Shown piece after piece: positions 46,830-56,066 of a DNA stretch of 64,000 nucleotides. The number at the start of each line of letters is the position of its first letter. Position 1 is the stretch's first letter. The notes below the pieces were generated by a model. The model saw only the letters and a list, made by a program, of their open reading frames with translations. It did no database searches and was not told where the DNA came from. Made by a program: the position numbers and the translations under genes. The DNA comes from an uncultured Actinomycetes bacterium (GTDB taxonomy: Bacteria > Actinomycetota > Thermoleophilia > RBG-16-64-13): positions 42,514 through 106,513 of the forward strand of contig CAWDXC010000018.1 of NCBI GenBank assembly GCA_963806155.1, given 5' to 3'.

Positions 46830-48143
46830 ATGAGGGCCAATCTGGTCAGCCCTTCATCCGCGCACCTTTCGTACGCCATCCGCGATATCGTGACCTTCGC
46901 CGATCTGGTGCGCCAGCACGGGGTGGAGATCGCGTGGGAGAACATCGGAGACCCCATCGCCAAAGGAGAGAAGGTCGTTCCGTGGATCCGCGACATCGTC
47001 CACGAAGTGCTGGATATAGACGATTCATGGGGATATTGCCCGACCGAGGGTTTTCTTGAAGTGCGCGAGGCGCTGGCCGCCCACGTGAACGAACGCCCAG
47101 GCGCGCGGGTCTCGGCCAAGGACATCATCTTCTTCAACGGCGTGGCCGACGCGGTGGCAAAGGTGTACGGGTTCCTGAGCGCGCACGCTCGGGTCATCGG
47201 TCCGTCTCCCGCCTACAGCACGCACTCGTCCGCAGAGTCCGCGCACTGTGCCCTTCCTCACCTCACCTACGACCTCGATCCCGAGAACGGCTGGCTGCCG
47301 GATCTGGTCGACCTCCGTCACAAGATCCAGGCCAACCCTTCCATCGCCGGGATCCTCATCATCAACCCCAACAACCCCACGGGCGCGGCCTATCCGGTCG
47401 AAGTGCTGGAAGAGATCGTGGCCCTCGCCCGGGAGTTCGGGCTGTTCCTGGTCGCCGACGAGATCTACATCCACATGGTCTTTCCTGGGGTCGAGACCGT
47501 CCATCTCTCGGAGGTGGCCACCGAGGTGCCCGCCATCATCATGCGCGGGATCTCGAAGGAACTACCCTGGCCCGGGTCCAGGTGCGGATGGATCGAGGTG
47601 CTCAACCGCTCGTGCGATCAGAACTTCTCAGCGTACGTGGATTCGCTCGTCGCAGCCAAGCGCCTGGAAGTCTGCTCCACCAGCGGCCCGCAGTTGGCCA
47701 TTCCCAGGATCTTCGGCGATCCGCGCTACCCGGACCACCTGGCCGGGCGCGCTCGTACCTTCGCCGAGCGAGGGGAAGAGGCTTGCCGGGCGCTACAGGG
47801 CGTCCCCGGGATCAAGGTGCGACCCGCCCAGGGCGCCTTCTACATGACCGCCCTCTTCGAGCCCGGGACCCTGAATGGGCACAACAGACTACCGATAGCC
47901 GATCAGCCCCTGAGGGAGACTGTCGAGCGCCAGTGCAAGGGCGCTGCTCCCGATGCTCGTTTCGTCTACCATCTTCTCGGGTCGACGGGCATCTGCGTGG
48001 TCCCACTGAGCGGCTTCTGCTCCCCCCATCCCGGGTTCCGCTTCACCCTGCTCGAGACGGACGACGCTAAACGGGCGTGGATCTTCCACACCCTGGCAGA
48101 CGCGCTCGCCGAGTACGTGGAGAGTGGCCGAAGGGCTGCCTGA
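46830..48143 (+). CDS. class I PLP aminotransferase, alanine aminotransferase (AlaA)-like
   Basis: IIINPNNPTGAAYPVEVLEEIVALAREFGLFLVADEIY closely parallels the AlaA block IVIINPNNPTGAVY…ADEIY; full-length 437 aa. Confidence 0.8.
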   Translation: MRANLVSPSSAHLSYAIRDIVTFADLVRQHGVEIAWENIGDPIAKGEKVVPWIRDIVHEVLDIDDSWGYCPTEGFLEVREALAAHVNERPGARVSAKDIIFFNGVADAVAKVYGFLSAHARVIGPSPAYSTHSSAESAHCALPHLTYDLDPENGWLPDLVDLRHKIQANPSIAGILIINPNNPTGAAYPVEVLEEIVALAREFGLFLVADEIYIHMVFPGVETVHLSEVATEVPAIIMRGISKELPWPGSRCGWIEVLNRSCDQNFSAYVDSLVAAKRLEVCSTSGPQLAIPRIFGDPRYPDHLAGRARTFAERGEEACRALQGVPGIKVRPAQGAFYMTALFEPGTLNGHNRLPIADQPLRETVERQCKGAAPDARFVYHLLGSTGICVVPLSGFCSPHPGFRFTLLETDDAKRAWIFHTLADALAEYVESGRRAA

Positions 48144-48148
48144 GACCG

Positions 48149-48703
48149 TCAGCGCTCGACGACTACCTGCACGGCCGGCTCGGCGCCGAGGGTGAAACGC
48201 CAGCGGCAGTCCAGTCCGGCCGGTCGCTCCCCAGGGGGCGCGAAATCGCAGTGCACCTGGATACGGGGGTCGACTTCGCCGGCTATCCCCAGGAATTCCC
48301 GGCGGTGCATCTCGGCGCAGAGGTACTCCTCAAGCCCTCTACGCCGTCGCGCCTCCTGCGTGTCGCAGCAGGGCACCGTCAGAACGACCTCGTCGGGTGA
48401 CTCCTCGATCTGATAGCCGAGCAGGGCGGTCCAGGGATAGAGGCGCAAGACTTCCACAAACCCCTCGAGGCCCTTATCGGTTACCGCGAAACGGGTCACA
48501 AGATCACGAGCGGCCAGGCCTGAAACCCGGGCCCACACGCGCTCGTTCAGGTGTTCGGCGGCCGGCCGGCCCTGTTCCTCGGCCAGGTAGAGGAACCAGA
48601 AGCTATCCATCACCCGATAGTGCCAAAGGAGGAAAGCCAGGTAGCTCCGCAGTTCGGAGGGGTCCATGCTGTCGAAACGGGAGAGGTCCATGTGGTCCAG
48701 CAT
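48149..48703 (-). CDS. hypothetical protein with Cys-rich motif (TVPCCDTQEARRRRGLEEYLCAEMH)
   Basis: ORF 48149..48784; likely start MLDHMDLS at 48703; no family recognised. Confidence 0.45.
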   Translation of the reverse strand: MLDHMDLSRFDSMDPSELRSYLAFLLWHYRVMDSFWFLYLAEEQGRPAAEHLNERVWARVSGLAARDLVTRFAVTDKGLEGFVEVLRLYPWTALLGYQIEESPDEVVLTVPCCDTQEARRRRGLEEYLCAEMHRREFLGIAGEVDPRIQVHCDFAPPGERPAGLDCRWRFTLGAEPAVQVVVER

Positions 48704-48753
48704 AGCGGAAAGGGGGAGCGAGAGACGCGGAGGTCGGGTATGGTGTAGCGATC

Positions 48754-49668
48754 GTGAACAGGGAGCTACGCACAAGCAGAGCACTGGGCCGGGCGATCAG
48801 CGCAGCCGCCTACGCCGCGGCCTTGGGTGTGGCCGCGTGGGTCGTCGGCGTGATAGGTCCGAGCCACCCGCTCGCCGTCATCGGCCTCGGCACCCTGGTG
48901 GCTACCATCGTGGTCTTCATCGTTTCGGTGACTGTCGACAACTCCAGCGTCTACGACCCCTACTGGGGCCTGCAGCCCTTGGCCATAGCCGTGTACTATC
49001 TGGCGGCGGGCTGGGACGGCATCGGGGCGCGGCAGGTGGTCGTGACTGTACTGGTGTTCTTCTACGCGTTGCGGCTCACCAGCAACTTCTACCGTGATTG
49101 GCCGGGGCTGTCAAAAGAGGATTTCCGCTACCGGGCCTTCCGAGCACGTGCCGGCCGGGCGTATTGGCCGGTGAGCTTCGTCGGCATACACCTGTTTCCC
49201 ACCATCATGGTGTATCTGGGTTGCTTGCCCTTGTACGCGGTGACGAGACCGGGGGCCGCGGGCTTGAGTTGGCTGGACGGCGTGGCGACGGTGGTGATGG
49301 CGGGGGCGATCGTTCTCGCTTACGTTGCCGATGAGCAGCTAAGGGTGTTCCGCCGGGATACTCAGAATAGGGGCCGCTGCATCGGCAATGGACTGTGGGC
49401 ACACAGCCGCCATCCCAACTACCTGGGGGAAGTGGCAACGTGGTGGGGTCTGTGGCTGTTCGCCCTCGCCGCCGGTCTTGCCTGGTGGTGGACGGTGGTC
49501 GGAGCGCTGAGCATCACCCTGTTGTTCATCTTGGTGAGCGTCCCCATGATGGAGAGGCGGGCTTTGGCGACCCGGGAGGGGTATCGAGACTATAGGGAGC
49601 GAACGCCTATGTTGGTGCCGATTCTTCGCCGCGCCGCGCCGCCCGATCCCGAGAGCCCACGGACCTAG
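48754..49668 (+). CDS. DUF1295/steroid-5alpha-reductase-like membrane methyltransferase-fold protein
   Basis: Multiple TM helices and the HSRHPNYLGE signature shared by DUF1295 / ICMT / phospholipid-methyltransferase-fold proteins. Confidence 0.7.
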   Translation: MNRELRTSRALGRAISAAAYAAALGVAAWVVGVIGPSHPLAVIGLGTLVATIVVFIVSVTVDNSSVYDPYWGLQPLAIAVYYLAAGWDGIGARQVVVTVLVFFYALRLTSNFYRDWPGLSKEDFRYRAFRARAGRAYWPVSFVGIHLFPTIMVYLGCLPLYAVTRPGAAGLSWLDGVATVVMAGAIVLAYVADEQLRVFRRDTQNRGRCIGNGLWAHSRHPNYLGEVATWWGLWLFALAAGLAWWWTVVGALSITLLFILVSVPMMERRALATREGYRDYRERTPMLVPILRRAAPPDPESPRT

Positions 49669-49727
49669 TTGGAGGGCCGGCCTCTCGACTGGGTCCCGAT
49701 CCGGCGGGCGCGGCCGGCACCCTCTGG

Positions 49728-50180
49728 TCAGTCCTTCCAGTCTTCACCCACTTCGAGCTTGGTGGCCGTCAGCGAGTCGTTGACGTCCCGGATGAAGTAC
49801 ACCAACGAGGCTATCAGACTGCCCATGCTGAGGATGAAGAGGACCGCCACCAGCCAGAGGACGTCTACTCCGAACAGGGCGCTGACGAAGAGGCTGATGA
49901 TCAAGATAGCGGCGAAAAGGACGCAGAACGCCGCCAGGCTGATAGCCCGGCGTATCAGCTCCGCCCGGTGCTTCAGGATACGCAATTGTGCCCGGATGGG
50001 CTCCTTCGCCTCATCGTCGGCCCCCCTCACCTGATGAGCGAGCATCCGGGAGCGGTCGACCACCCGGCCCAGCCGGTTGGTCATGGTCAGGAGGAGGAGA
50101 CCGACACCCGATATCACCACGACCGGCCCGATGGCCGTCTGCAGTACGGGGACCAGTTCGGCTGTTTCGGTCGCCAGCAC
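49728..50180 (-). CDS. DUF2721-like two-TM membrane protein
   Basis: …GLLLLTMTNRLGRVVDRSRML…RAQLRILKHRAELIRRAI… pattern; GTG start with AAGAGAGG Shine-Dalgarno; upstream part of ORF 49728..50411 is GC-artefact. Confidence 0.55.
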   Translation of the reverse strand: MLATETAELVPVLQTAIGPVVVISGVGLLLLTMTNRLGRVVDRSRMLAHQVRGADDEAKEPIRAQLRILKHRAELIRRAISLAAFCVLFAAILIISLFVSALFGVDVLWLVAVLFILSMGSLIASLVYFIRDVNDSLTATKLEVGEDWKD

Positions 50181-50352
50181 TGGAGACCTCTCTTTGTGTG
50201 GGGTCGTGCAGGCGCCGCGATTGTAGCAGAGGCGGTAGAATCCGTTGCGCTGCAGATCACCGTGAACAACCTCGTGGTCGAAGAGCAGAGGCCTTCGACC
50301 GGAAGCTTCTGGCCTTCCTCGGCCGGGCCCGCTGACACGCACCCAGTCTCGG

Positions 50353-50859
50353 TCAGCCGGCCAGGTCGATGGCCTTCTCAAGTAGCTCGGCGGCCTGGGC
50401 GCCGCAGGCATCCCGTATGTCCGAGGCGGTCAGCGCATCGCCGGGAGGCGGGCTGAAAGAAGGATGGAGGGTGCTCCAGTATGCGGAGCGCCCTTGGATG
50501 TCGGGATCCCACGCACCGTCGACCTCTGCCTGCCAGGCTTCGCGGGCAGCCGTAAGGCAGTCCAGGACGCGGCTGAGCTCGTGGTCGAGCCTGGTTTCGG
50601 CCGGATTGGTGATCGGCATGTTCCTGTGGGCCACCACTGCGACCAGGAGGGCCGCGCTGAACTCCGCATAGCCGCCCGGATCGGACGCGGCCGACAGGAC
50701 CTGTCGGGCTTCGGCCGAGGCAGCGACGGCGGCCCGCCCGTTCTCGCCCGCAGCGATAAGGCCGGCTTCCCTCTGGAAGCTCGATATCACCAGGCCGATC
50801 ACCGCGAGCGCCACGATGACGGCCGGAATGAGTATCCATCCCCGGCGTTTCTTGGTCAT
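50353..50859 (-). CDS. hypothetical membrane-anchored protein
   Basis: MTKKRRGWILIPAVIVALAVIGLVISSF… N-terminal anchor then soluble domain; start at M149 of ORF 50353..51303. Confidence 0.5.
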   Translation of the reverse strand: MTKKRRGWILIPAVIVALAVIGLVISSFQREAGLIAAGENGRAAVAASAEARQVLSAASDPGGYAEFSAALLVAVVAHRNMPITNPAETRLDHELSRVLDCLTAAREAWQAEVDGAWDPDIQGRSAYWSTLHPSFSPPPGDALTASDIRDACGAQAAELLEKAIDLAG

Positions 50860-50880
50860 GCTGATAGGATAACCGCTGTG

Positions 50881-51534
50881 ATGGACGACTGGGAACTGGA
50901 ACCCCCCGAGCAGAAGCCGGGACCACCCGCCGGATCGGGACCACCCGCCGGGCCGGGGCTGCCGGCTCCTGCTCCGACCGCGCTGGCTGTCCAGGAGGGC
51001 ACGACCGAGACGCTCCGGAGCGGCCGCCTCCGGGGAGTACACGTGGCCGTGCCGGTGGCTGCTGCTCTTGTCATTCTGCTCGCAGGCATGATGATCGGCT
51101 TCTTCATCGCTCGCGGGCAAACCTCCGGTGACGCCGCTCTCCTCACAGAGGCCCGGGACGAGCTGAGCCAGTCGCAGCAAGCCCTTTCCGTGGCTGAGGA
51201 GCGTAACTGGGCCTACTATCGAGCAAACGAGGCCCTCAAGAAGCAGCTCGAGGAGGCGATGACGGGCGGCTCTGCCTCGACGACCCTCCCCGGTCCGGTT
51301 CAACCGGCCGGCGCATACGGGGACGGGGTGTACCTCGTGGGTGAGGACATCGCTCCGGGAACGTATGACGGAGTCGTGGACGGCGACTTCGGCTACTGGG
51401 CCCGGCTCAAATCGACCGACGGCTCGACAAGCGGCATCATCGCCAACGGCATCGTCCGTGGCCCCTTCGTGCTGGAGATCTACATCGGCGACCGGGCGGT
51501 CGAACTGCGGGGCGTCACGATCACCGCTCGGTGA
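50881..51534 (+). CDS. hypothetical membrane protein with coiled-coil segment
   Basis: MDDWELEPPEQ…, P/G-rich region, TM (VAVPVAAALVILLAGMMIGFFIA), coiled-coil (DELSQSQQALSVAEERNWAYYRANEALKKQLEE), C-terminal globular domain. Confidence 0.5.
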   Translation: MDDWELEPPEQKPGPPAGSGPPAGPGLPAPAPTALAVQEGTTETLRSGRLRGVHVAVPVAAALVILLAGMMIGFFIARGQTSGDAALLTEARDELSQSQQALSVAEERNWAYYRANEALKKQLEEAMTGGSASTTLPGPVQPAGAYGDGVYLVGEDIAPGTYDGVVDGDFGYWARLKSTDGSTSGIIANGIVRGPFVLEIYIGDRAVELRGVTITAR

Positions 51535-51670
51535 ACCCTGGCAGCGACTTCGACCGCGTCACGTGGCCGGGCCCCGGCTGCGACCCGGGCACGGTCACGC
51601 GCCGCGGCTCTGGGTAGGACACCGGCAGCGGCAGATTCGCGTGTTGACCCCGGACGGGACCCGTGAGGTG

Positions 51671-52030
51671 CTAACGCGCGAAACCGACGTGAGGCGAGTA
51701 GAACTTGGCCCCCAGACCGGCCAGCATCTCTTTGACCTGCGGGCTTGGGTCGCCGATGACGACCATCTCTTCGAGCGGCGAGATCTCCAGCATGGCGCCG
51801 AGTTTGTCCCCGAGGCCCTGGAAGTGGAGCAGGAACGCTTCCGCATCGCCGTAGGATTCGATCAGGTAGCAGCTGGAGCCGTCTTCGTCGATGAACCACT
51901 CGTATCCGAGCGTGGTCTGCTCGTTCGCCTCGACACCTGAGGTCAGGTTCTCCGACATCTTCTTGAATTCCTCGAGCTTCCCGGGCTTGATACCTTGTCG
52001 TACGATCATGCGAAAGGGTCCGCCGGCCAT
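51671..52030 (-). CDS. ABM (antibiotic-biosynthesis-monooxygenase)-like small protein
   Basis: ~119 aa from MAGGPFRMIVRQGIKPGKLEEF… inside ORF 51671..52171; ferredoxin-like ABM fold suggested by the sequence pattern only. Confidence 0.45.
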   Translation of the reverse strand: MAGGPFRMIVRQGIKPGKLEEFKKMSENLTSGVEANEQTTLGYEWFIDEDGSSCYLIESYGDAEAFLLHFQGLGDKLGAMLEISPLEEMVVIGDPSPQVKEMLAGLGAKFYSPHVGFAR

Positions 52031-52183
52031 GAAGAGCTCCTTTTGTCGGAGGTTTGCGCGCGCTGATGATGTTAGCAGGCCGGGCATGATTTCCACGCGC
52101 GCCCGGTCGTCGGTAGGGGTAGACTTGGCCGGAGCCGGGCATAATAAGCGGGCACACCAGCCGAGGCGCACGGGGAGGACAGC

Positions 52184-53116
52184 GTGGCGGACAAGATAGA
52201 TATCGCGATCGTAGGCGGAGGACCGGCGGGGCTCACGGCAGCCATCTACGGGGCGAGAGGCAGAGCGCGTACCGTGCTCTTCGAGACGGGGCTCACCGGT
52301 GGGCAGATCACGTCAGCCTCCTGGGTGGAGAACTACCCCGGGTTTCCTGACGGCATCGGCGGATACGACCTGGCCGAGCTTATGTTCAAGCAGGCCCAGA
52401 TCGCAGGCGCCGAGTTTCGTACCATCTCCCCGGTGGAGGCGATCCGTGCGGACGGATGCGAGTACATCCTCACGGTCAACGGCGAGGAGGTCGAGGCTCG
52501 GACGGTCATAGTGGCTACGGGAGCCATTCCCAAGAAGCTGGGCGTGCCCGGGGAAGCCGAGTTCACCGGTCGCGGAGTGTCTTGGTGTGCGACCTGTGAC
52601 GGACCCCTCTATCGCGACAAAGTGGTGGCGGTGGTCGGCGGGGGAGACTCGGCCACGCAAGAGGCCCTCTATCTGAGCAAGATCGCCAGCGAGGTACACC
52701 TGATCCATCGGCGGGACGAGTTCCGCGCCACTCCCTGCATTCAGGAGCAATGCTTCTTCAACCCAAAGATCATAATGCACCTCTCGCGTTTGATCGACGA
52801 GATACTGGGCGAAGGGGGGAGGCTCACCGGCCTTCGGCTGCGTTCGAAGGAAGACGGTAGTGAGGAGATCCTGGCGGTGGACGGGGTATTCGAGTTCGTG
52901 GGCATCGATGCCCAGAGCGCATTGGTCGCCGAACTGTGTGAACTGGATGAGCTGGGTTTCGTCAAGGTCGACCGGAACGGCTTGACCTCACGCACGGGTC
53001 TCTATGCGGCAGGAGACGTCTCCGCCTACGAACTGAAGCAAGTAGTGACGGCCTGCGCGCGCGGAGCCTTCGCCGCCTACCACGCCATGTACTACCTGGA
53101 CACCATGGTCTGCTAG
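52184..53116 (+). CDS. trxB: thioredoxin-disulfide reductase
   Basis: FAD motif IVGGGPAG, redox-active CATCDG, NADPH motif VVGGGDSA, full-length 310 aa. Confidence 0.85.
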   Translation: MADKIDIAIVGGGPAGLTAAIYGARGRARTVLFETGLTGGQITSASWVENYPGFPDGIGGYDLAELMFKQAQIAGAEFRTISPVEAIRADGCEYILTVNGEEVEARTVIVATGAIPKKLGVPGEAEFTGRGVSWCATCDGPLYRDKVVAVVGGGDSATQEALYLSKIASEVHLIHRRDEFRATPCIQEQCFFNPKIIMHLSRLIDEILGEGGRLTGLRLRSKEDGSEEILAVDGVFEFVGIDAQSALVAELCELDELGFVKVDRNGLTSRTGLYAAGDVSAYELKQVVTACARGAFAAYHAMYYLDTMVC

Positions 53117-53191
53117 CGCCGTAGGAATGACGAGCATGGGCTCGGGAAGCAAGCGCTCTCCGCGCTGGCGTGCTACTGGAGAGCGAAGCTA

Positions 53192-54642
53192 GGTGCCCGC
53201 GCTGAGCAGCGACAGAGTCACCCGTGTTCCCTCACCGAGGCGACTGGCAACATCTATCCGTCCCCTTGGGCCTCCATCAAGGTCTTCGCGATAGAGAGAC
53301 CCAGTCCGCTTTCTCTATTCCCTGCTTGGGCTGTACCAGCCTGATAGAAGCGCTCAAACACGTGAGGCAGGTCTTCGGAGGCGATGCCGGTACCCGTATC
53401 GGCGACAGCGATGACCACCCTCCGGCCCTCCGCCTGCGCCTCAAGCGTTATGGTGCCCCCGGGGGGCGTGTAACGGAGCGCGTTGTCGAGCAGGATGAGA
53501 ATGATCTGGCGGAGCCGCGTGTAGTCGGCACGCACGACAGACGAGTCTGAGCTCGTTTGCAGGATCACACCTCTTTCTTCCGCCAGCCTTCCGAAGGAGC
53601 GGGAGATGTCCGAGAATAGCTCGTTGACCGCGAGCGGTTGCACCTCCAAGTCGATCTTGCCGGCGTCGATGCGGGAGAGGAGAACGAGGTCGTCGACCAG
53701 CCGGCTGAGGTGGTCGCTCTCCGTGACAACATCTGTGAGCACCTCTGCCATGCCCGGGTCGGGGGAAGCCGCCCCGCCGGGAGGTTCAGTAACCGTTCCG
53801 GTCGTCGAGCACTGTCGTAAGGCGTACTCGGTACTGGCCCGGATCAAGGTCACCGGAGCGCGGAGTTCGTGACTCGCGTTGGCCACGAAGACCTTCTGCT
53901 GCTCCCAGGCCTTTCGGGCCGGCCCGAGGGAGCGGCCGGCGAGATACCAACTGGCTACGCCCACCACCACTGCGGCGCCTCCGCAGGCGAGGAGCACGGT
54001 AAGCAGGATCTGGCCGAGCACGTGGTTCTGGTCGACCAAGAGGCGTCCCGCCTGGACGTAGGCGATCGGCTGGCTTTCTGAGACGGCCGACGTCGGCAGG
54101 CGATAGGTAGCCACCCTGACTTCGCGCTCGTCCGCCAGCGCCGCTGTGCGCACGTCGGGAGCGTTGGTCGCAGCCTCGTAGCCCTCCACAACGGGAGTGG
54201 GCTGCTCGGTCTCGGCGACGGAGGCATCTGCTATGAGCTTCCCGTTCGAGTCCAGATGGAGCACGAACTGGGGAGCGAGCTCGGAGTCGGGATATGATCC
54301 CCAGGGCGGTCCGGCGCCCTCATCGTCGGACTCACCTGCCTCACCCGTCGTGCTCGTGTTGCCGCCCTGTGTCTTCTTGGCTAGCCCAGGAGGAAGGTCG
54401 GAGGCAGTCACCATCTCGCTGTGACGAGACCCCCAACTCTCTTTGGCAGCCTCCAACTCCGGAGGTAGTTCTATCCCCAGACTCTCGTATTCCAGCGCCA
54501 CCCGATAGCGTAGGGCAGCGTCGTTGTCGGACTGAAAATAGAAGCGGAGCAGCCCATAGGTCCCCAGTCCCATGAGCAGGACCAGGCCCAGAGCGGCGGC
54601 GATGTAGGTGGCGGTCAGGCGAAGGCGCAGTCCCTTGAACAT
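53192..54642 (-). CDS. sensor histidine kinase with a -1 frameshift in its last ~25 codons
   Basis: Two TMs flanking ~230-aa periplasmic domain, HAMP, H-box SHELRAPVT, N/G boxes (DNALRYTPPGG, DTGTGI, GLGLSIAKTLMEAQG); as read the ORF stops at 53254 (GDG*), but one missing G in a GGGG run restores …GGRIDVASRLGEGTRVTLSLLSAGT* ending at 53192. Confidence 0.75.
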
Positions 54643-54653
54643 GATGTCTCCGC

Positions 54654-55328
54654 TTAACCCAGGCGATAGCCGACGCCGCGCACCGTGGCGATCAGGTCGG
54701 GTTGGCCCCGCCGATGAAGCTTGCGCCGCAGGAAGGAGATGAAGACGTCCACCTGCGTGAGTTGGACCGGGTCGCCGTAGGACCAGACGTAGTCCACTAT
54801 CTGCCGTCGGGAGAGGGCCTGACCAGGGTGGCGGAGGAAGAACTCGAGCAGGCGCCACTCCGTGGGGGTAAGATCGACCACGCGGTCGCCTCGCCGCGCC
54901 GAGCGGGCCCGGAGATCCAGCACGAGATCCTGGTGTCGTAGCTCCCAGGAATCGGCGGTGGTCGCCACCGTGTGACGTCGGGCGAGAGCCCGGATACGGG
55001 CGAGCAACTCCTCGAAGGCAAACGGTTTGACCAGGTAGTCGTCTGCCCCGCTGTCCAGACCCATCACCCGGTCTTCCAGTTGTCCACGGGCGGTAAGCAG
55101 AAGGATGCCGGTAGGCAGCCGGTTGGCCCGGACGGCCCGGCAGAGCGAGGGCCCGTCGCGTCCGGGGAGCATCCAGTCTACGACCATCACGTCGTAGGTC
55201 CCCCGCAGCGCGAGTTCGGTGCCCTCGTCGCCGTCGTGAGCAAGGTCGACGTCGATCCCCTCACCGCTTAAGACTCGGGCGACAAGGCGGGCCAGCTTGC
55301 GATCGTCCTCCACTACCAGTACTCGCAC
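54654..55328 (-). CDS. OmpR-family response regulator
   Basis: Receiver domain (VLVVEDD…DVMVVDWMLPGRDG…LLLTARG) and winged-helix output domain (…LTPTEWRLLEFF…RGVGYRL); likely GTG start at 55328. Confidence 0.85.
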   Translation of the reverse strand: MRVLVVEDDRKLARLVARVLSGEGIDVDLAHDGDEGTELALRGTYDVMVVDWMLPGRDGPSLCRAVRANRLPTGILLLTARGQLEDRVMGLDSGADDYLVKPFAFEELLARIRALARRHTVATTADSWELRHQDLVLDLRARSARRGDRVVDLTPTEWRLLEFFLRHPGQALSRRQIVDYVWSYGDPVQLTQVDVFISFLRRKLHRRGQPDLIATVRGVGYRLG

Positions 55329-55477
55329 GCCCCGATTATCGCCCAAGAACCTTGCGAAAACATTGCGAGATTCGGCCCCGCTTCGCAATCGAACGTCAAG
55401 GCAGGCCGCCTAGACTGGAAACCATGAGCGGGATGTGACCGCTCAGAGACCCATAGTCGAACAGCAGGAGGTATTTC

Positions 55478-55981
55478 ATGAGACTAAGAAGGACGGCTCT
55501 GACCGGAGCGGCCGTGGTCGTCGCCACGGTGGGTTGCCTCGTCGGCCTCTGGGCGGGCGCCGCTCTCGCCGAAACGACCACGACCGGTGTGGGCGCAGCC
55601 GCTGTCATGTCCATCGCCGACGCGGCCACGGCGGCGAGCGGCAACGTGGTCACCGTTTCAGGCACCATCGGCGCGGTGATCGAGGGCAACGAGTACACGC
55701 TCACGGACGGCGCCACCGAGATCAAGATCGACGGTGGCCCGGCCTGGTACAAGGCTCTTGGGCTCAAAGCGGGCGACGTCTACACAGTCACCGGTGAGGT
55801 CGATCGGGGCAAGGACGGCACAGCCACCGCCGAGATCGATATCCACACCGCGACGGCACCCGATGGGACGGTAACGACTGTCCGCGAAGGCAGCGGCCGG
55901 CCACCCTGGGCCGGTGGGCCGCACGCGAACGGCCAGACTCCCGGGCAAGGTGTGCCTGACGACGACACTGACTCCGACTAG
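55478..55981 (+). CDS. secreted OB-fold (BOF/YgiW-like) protein
   Basis: Signal peptide, two copies of a VTVSGTIGAVIEGNEYTLTDGATEIKID-type beta-rich unit reminiscent of bacterial OB-fold periplasmic proteins. Confidence 0.45.
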   Translation: MRLRRTALTGAAVVVATVGCLVGLWAGAALAETTTTGVGAAAVMSIADAATAASGNVVTVSGTIGAVIEGNEYTLTDGATEIKIDGGPAWYKALGLKAGDVYTVTGEVDRGKDGTATAEIDIHTATAPDGTVTTVREGSGRPPWAGGPHANGQTPGQGVPDDDTDSD

Positions 55982-56066
55982 GGCGAAGAGCGCGAGCCAC
56001 TTCTGAAGGATGCAGGGGAAGGCCCGCCTCACGAGAGGCGGGCCTTCCCCCCGCTCTCCTGGCAAG

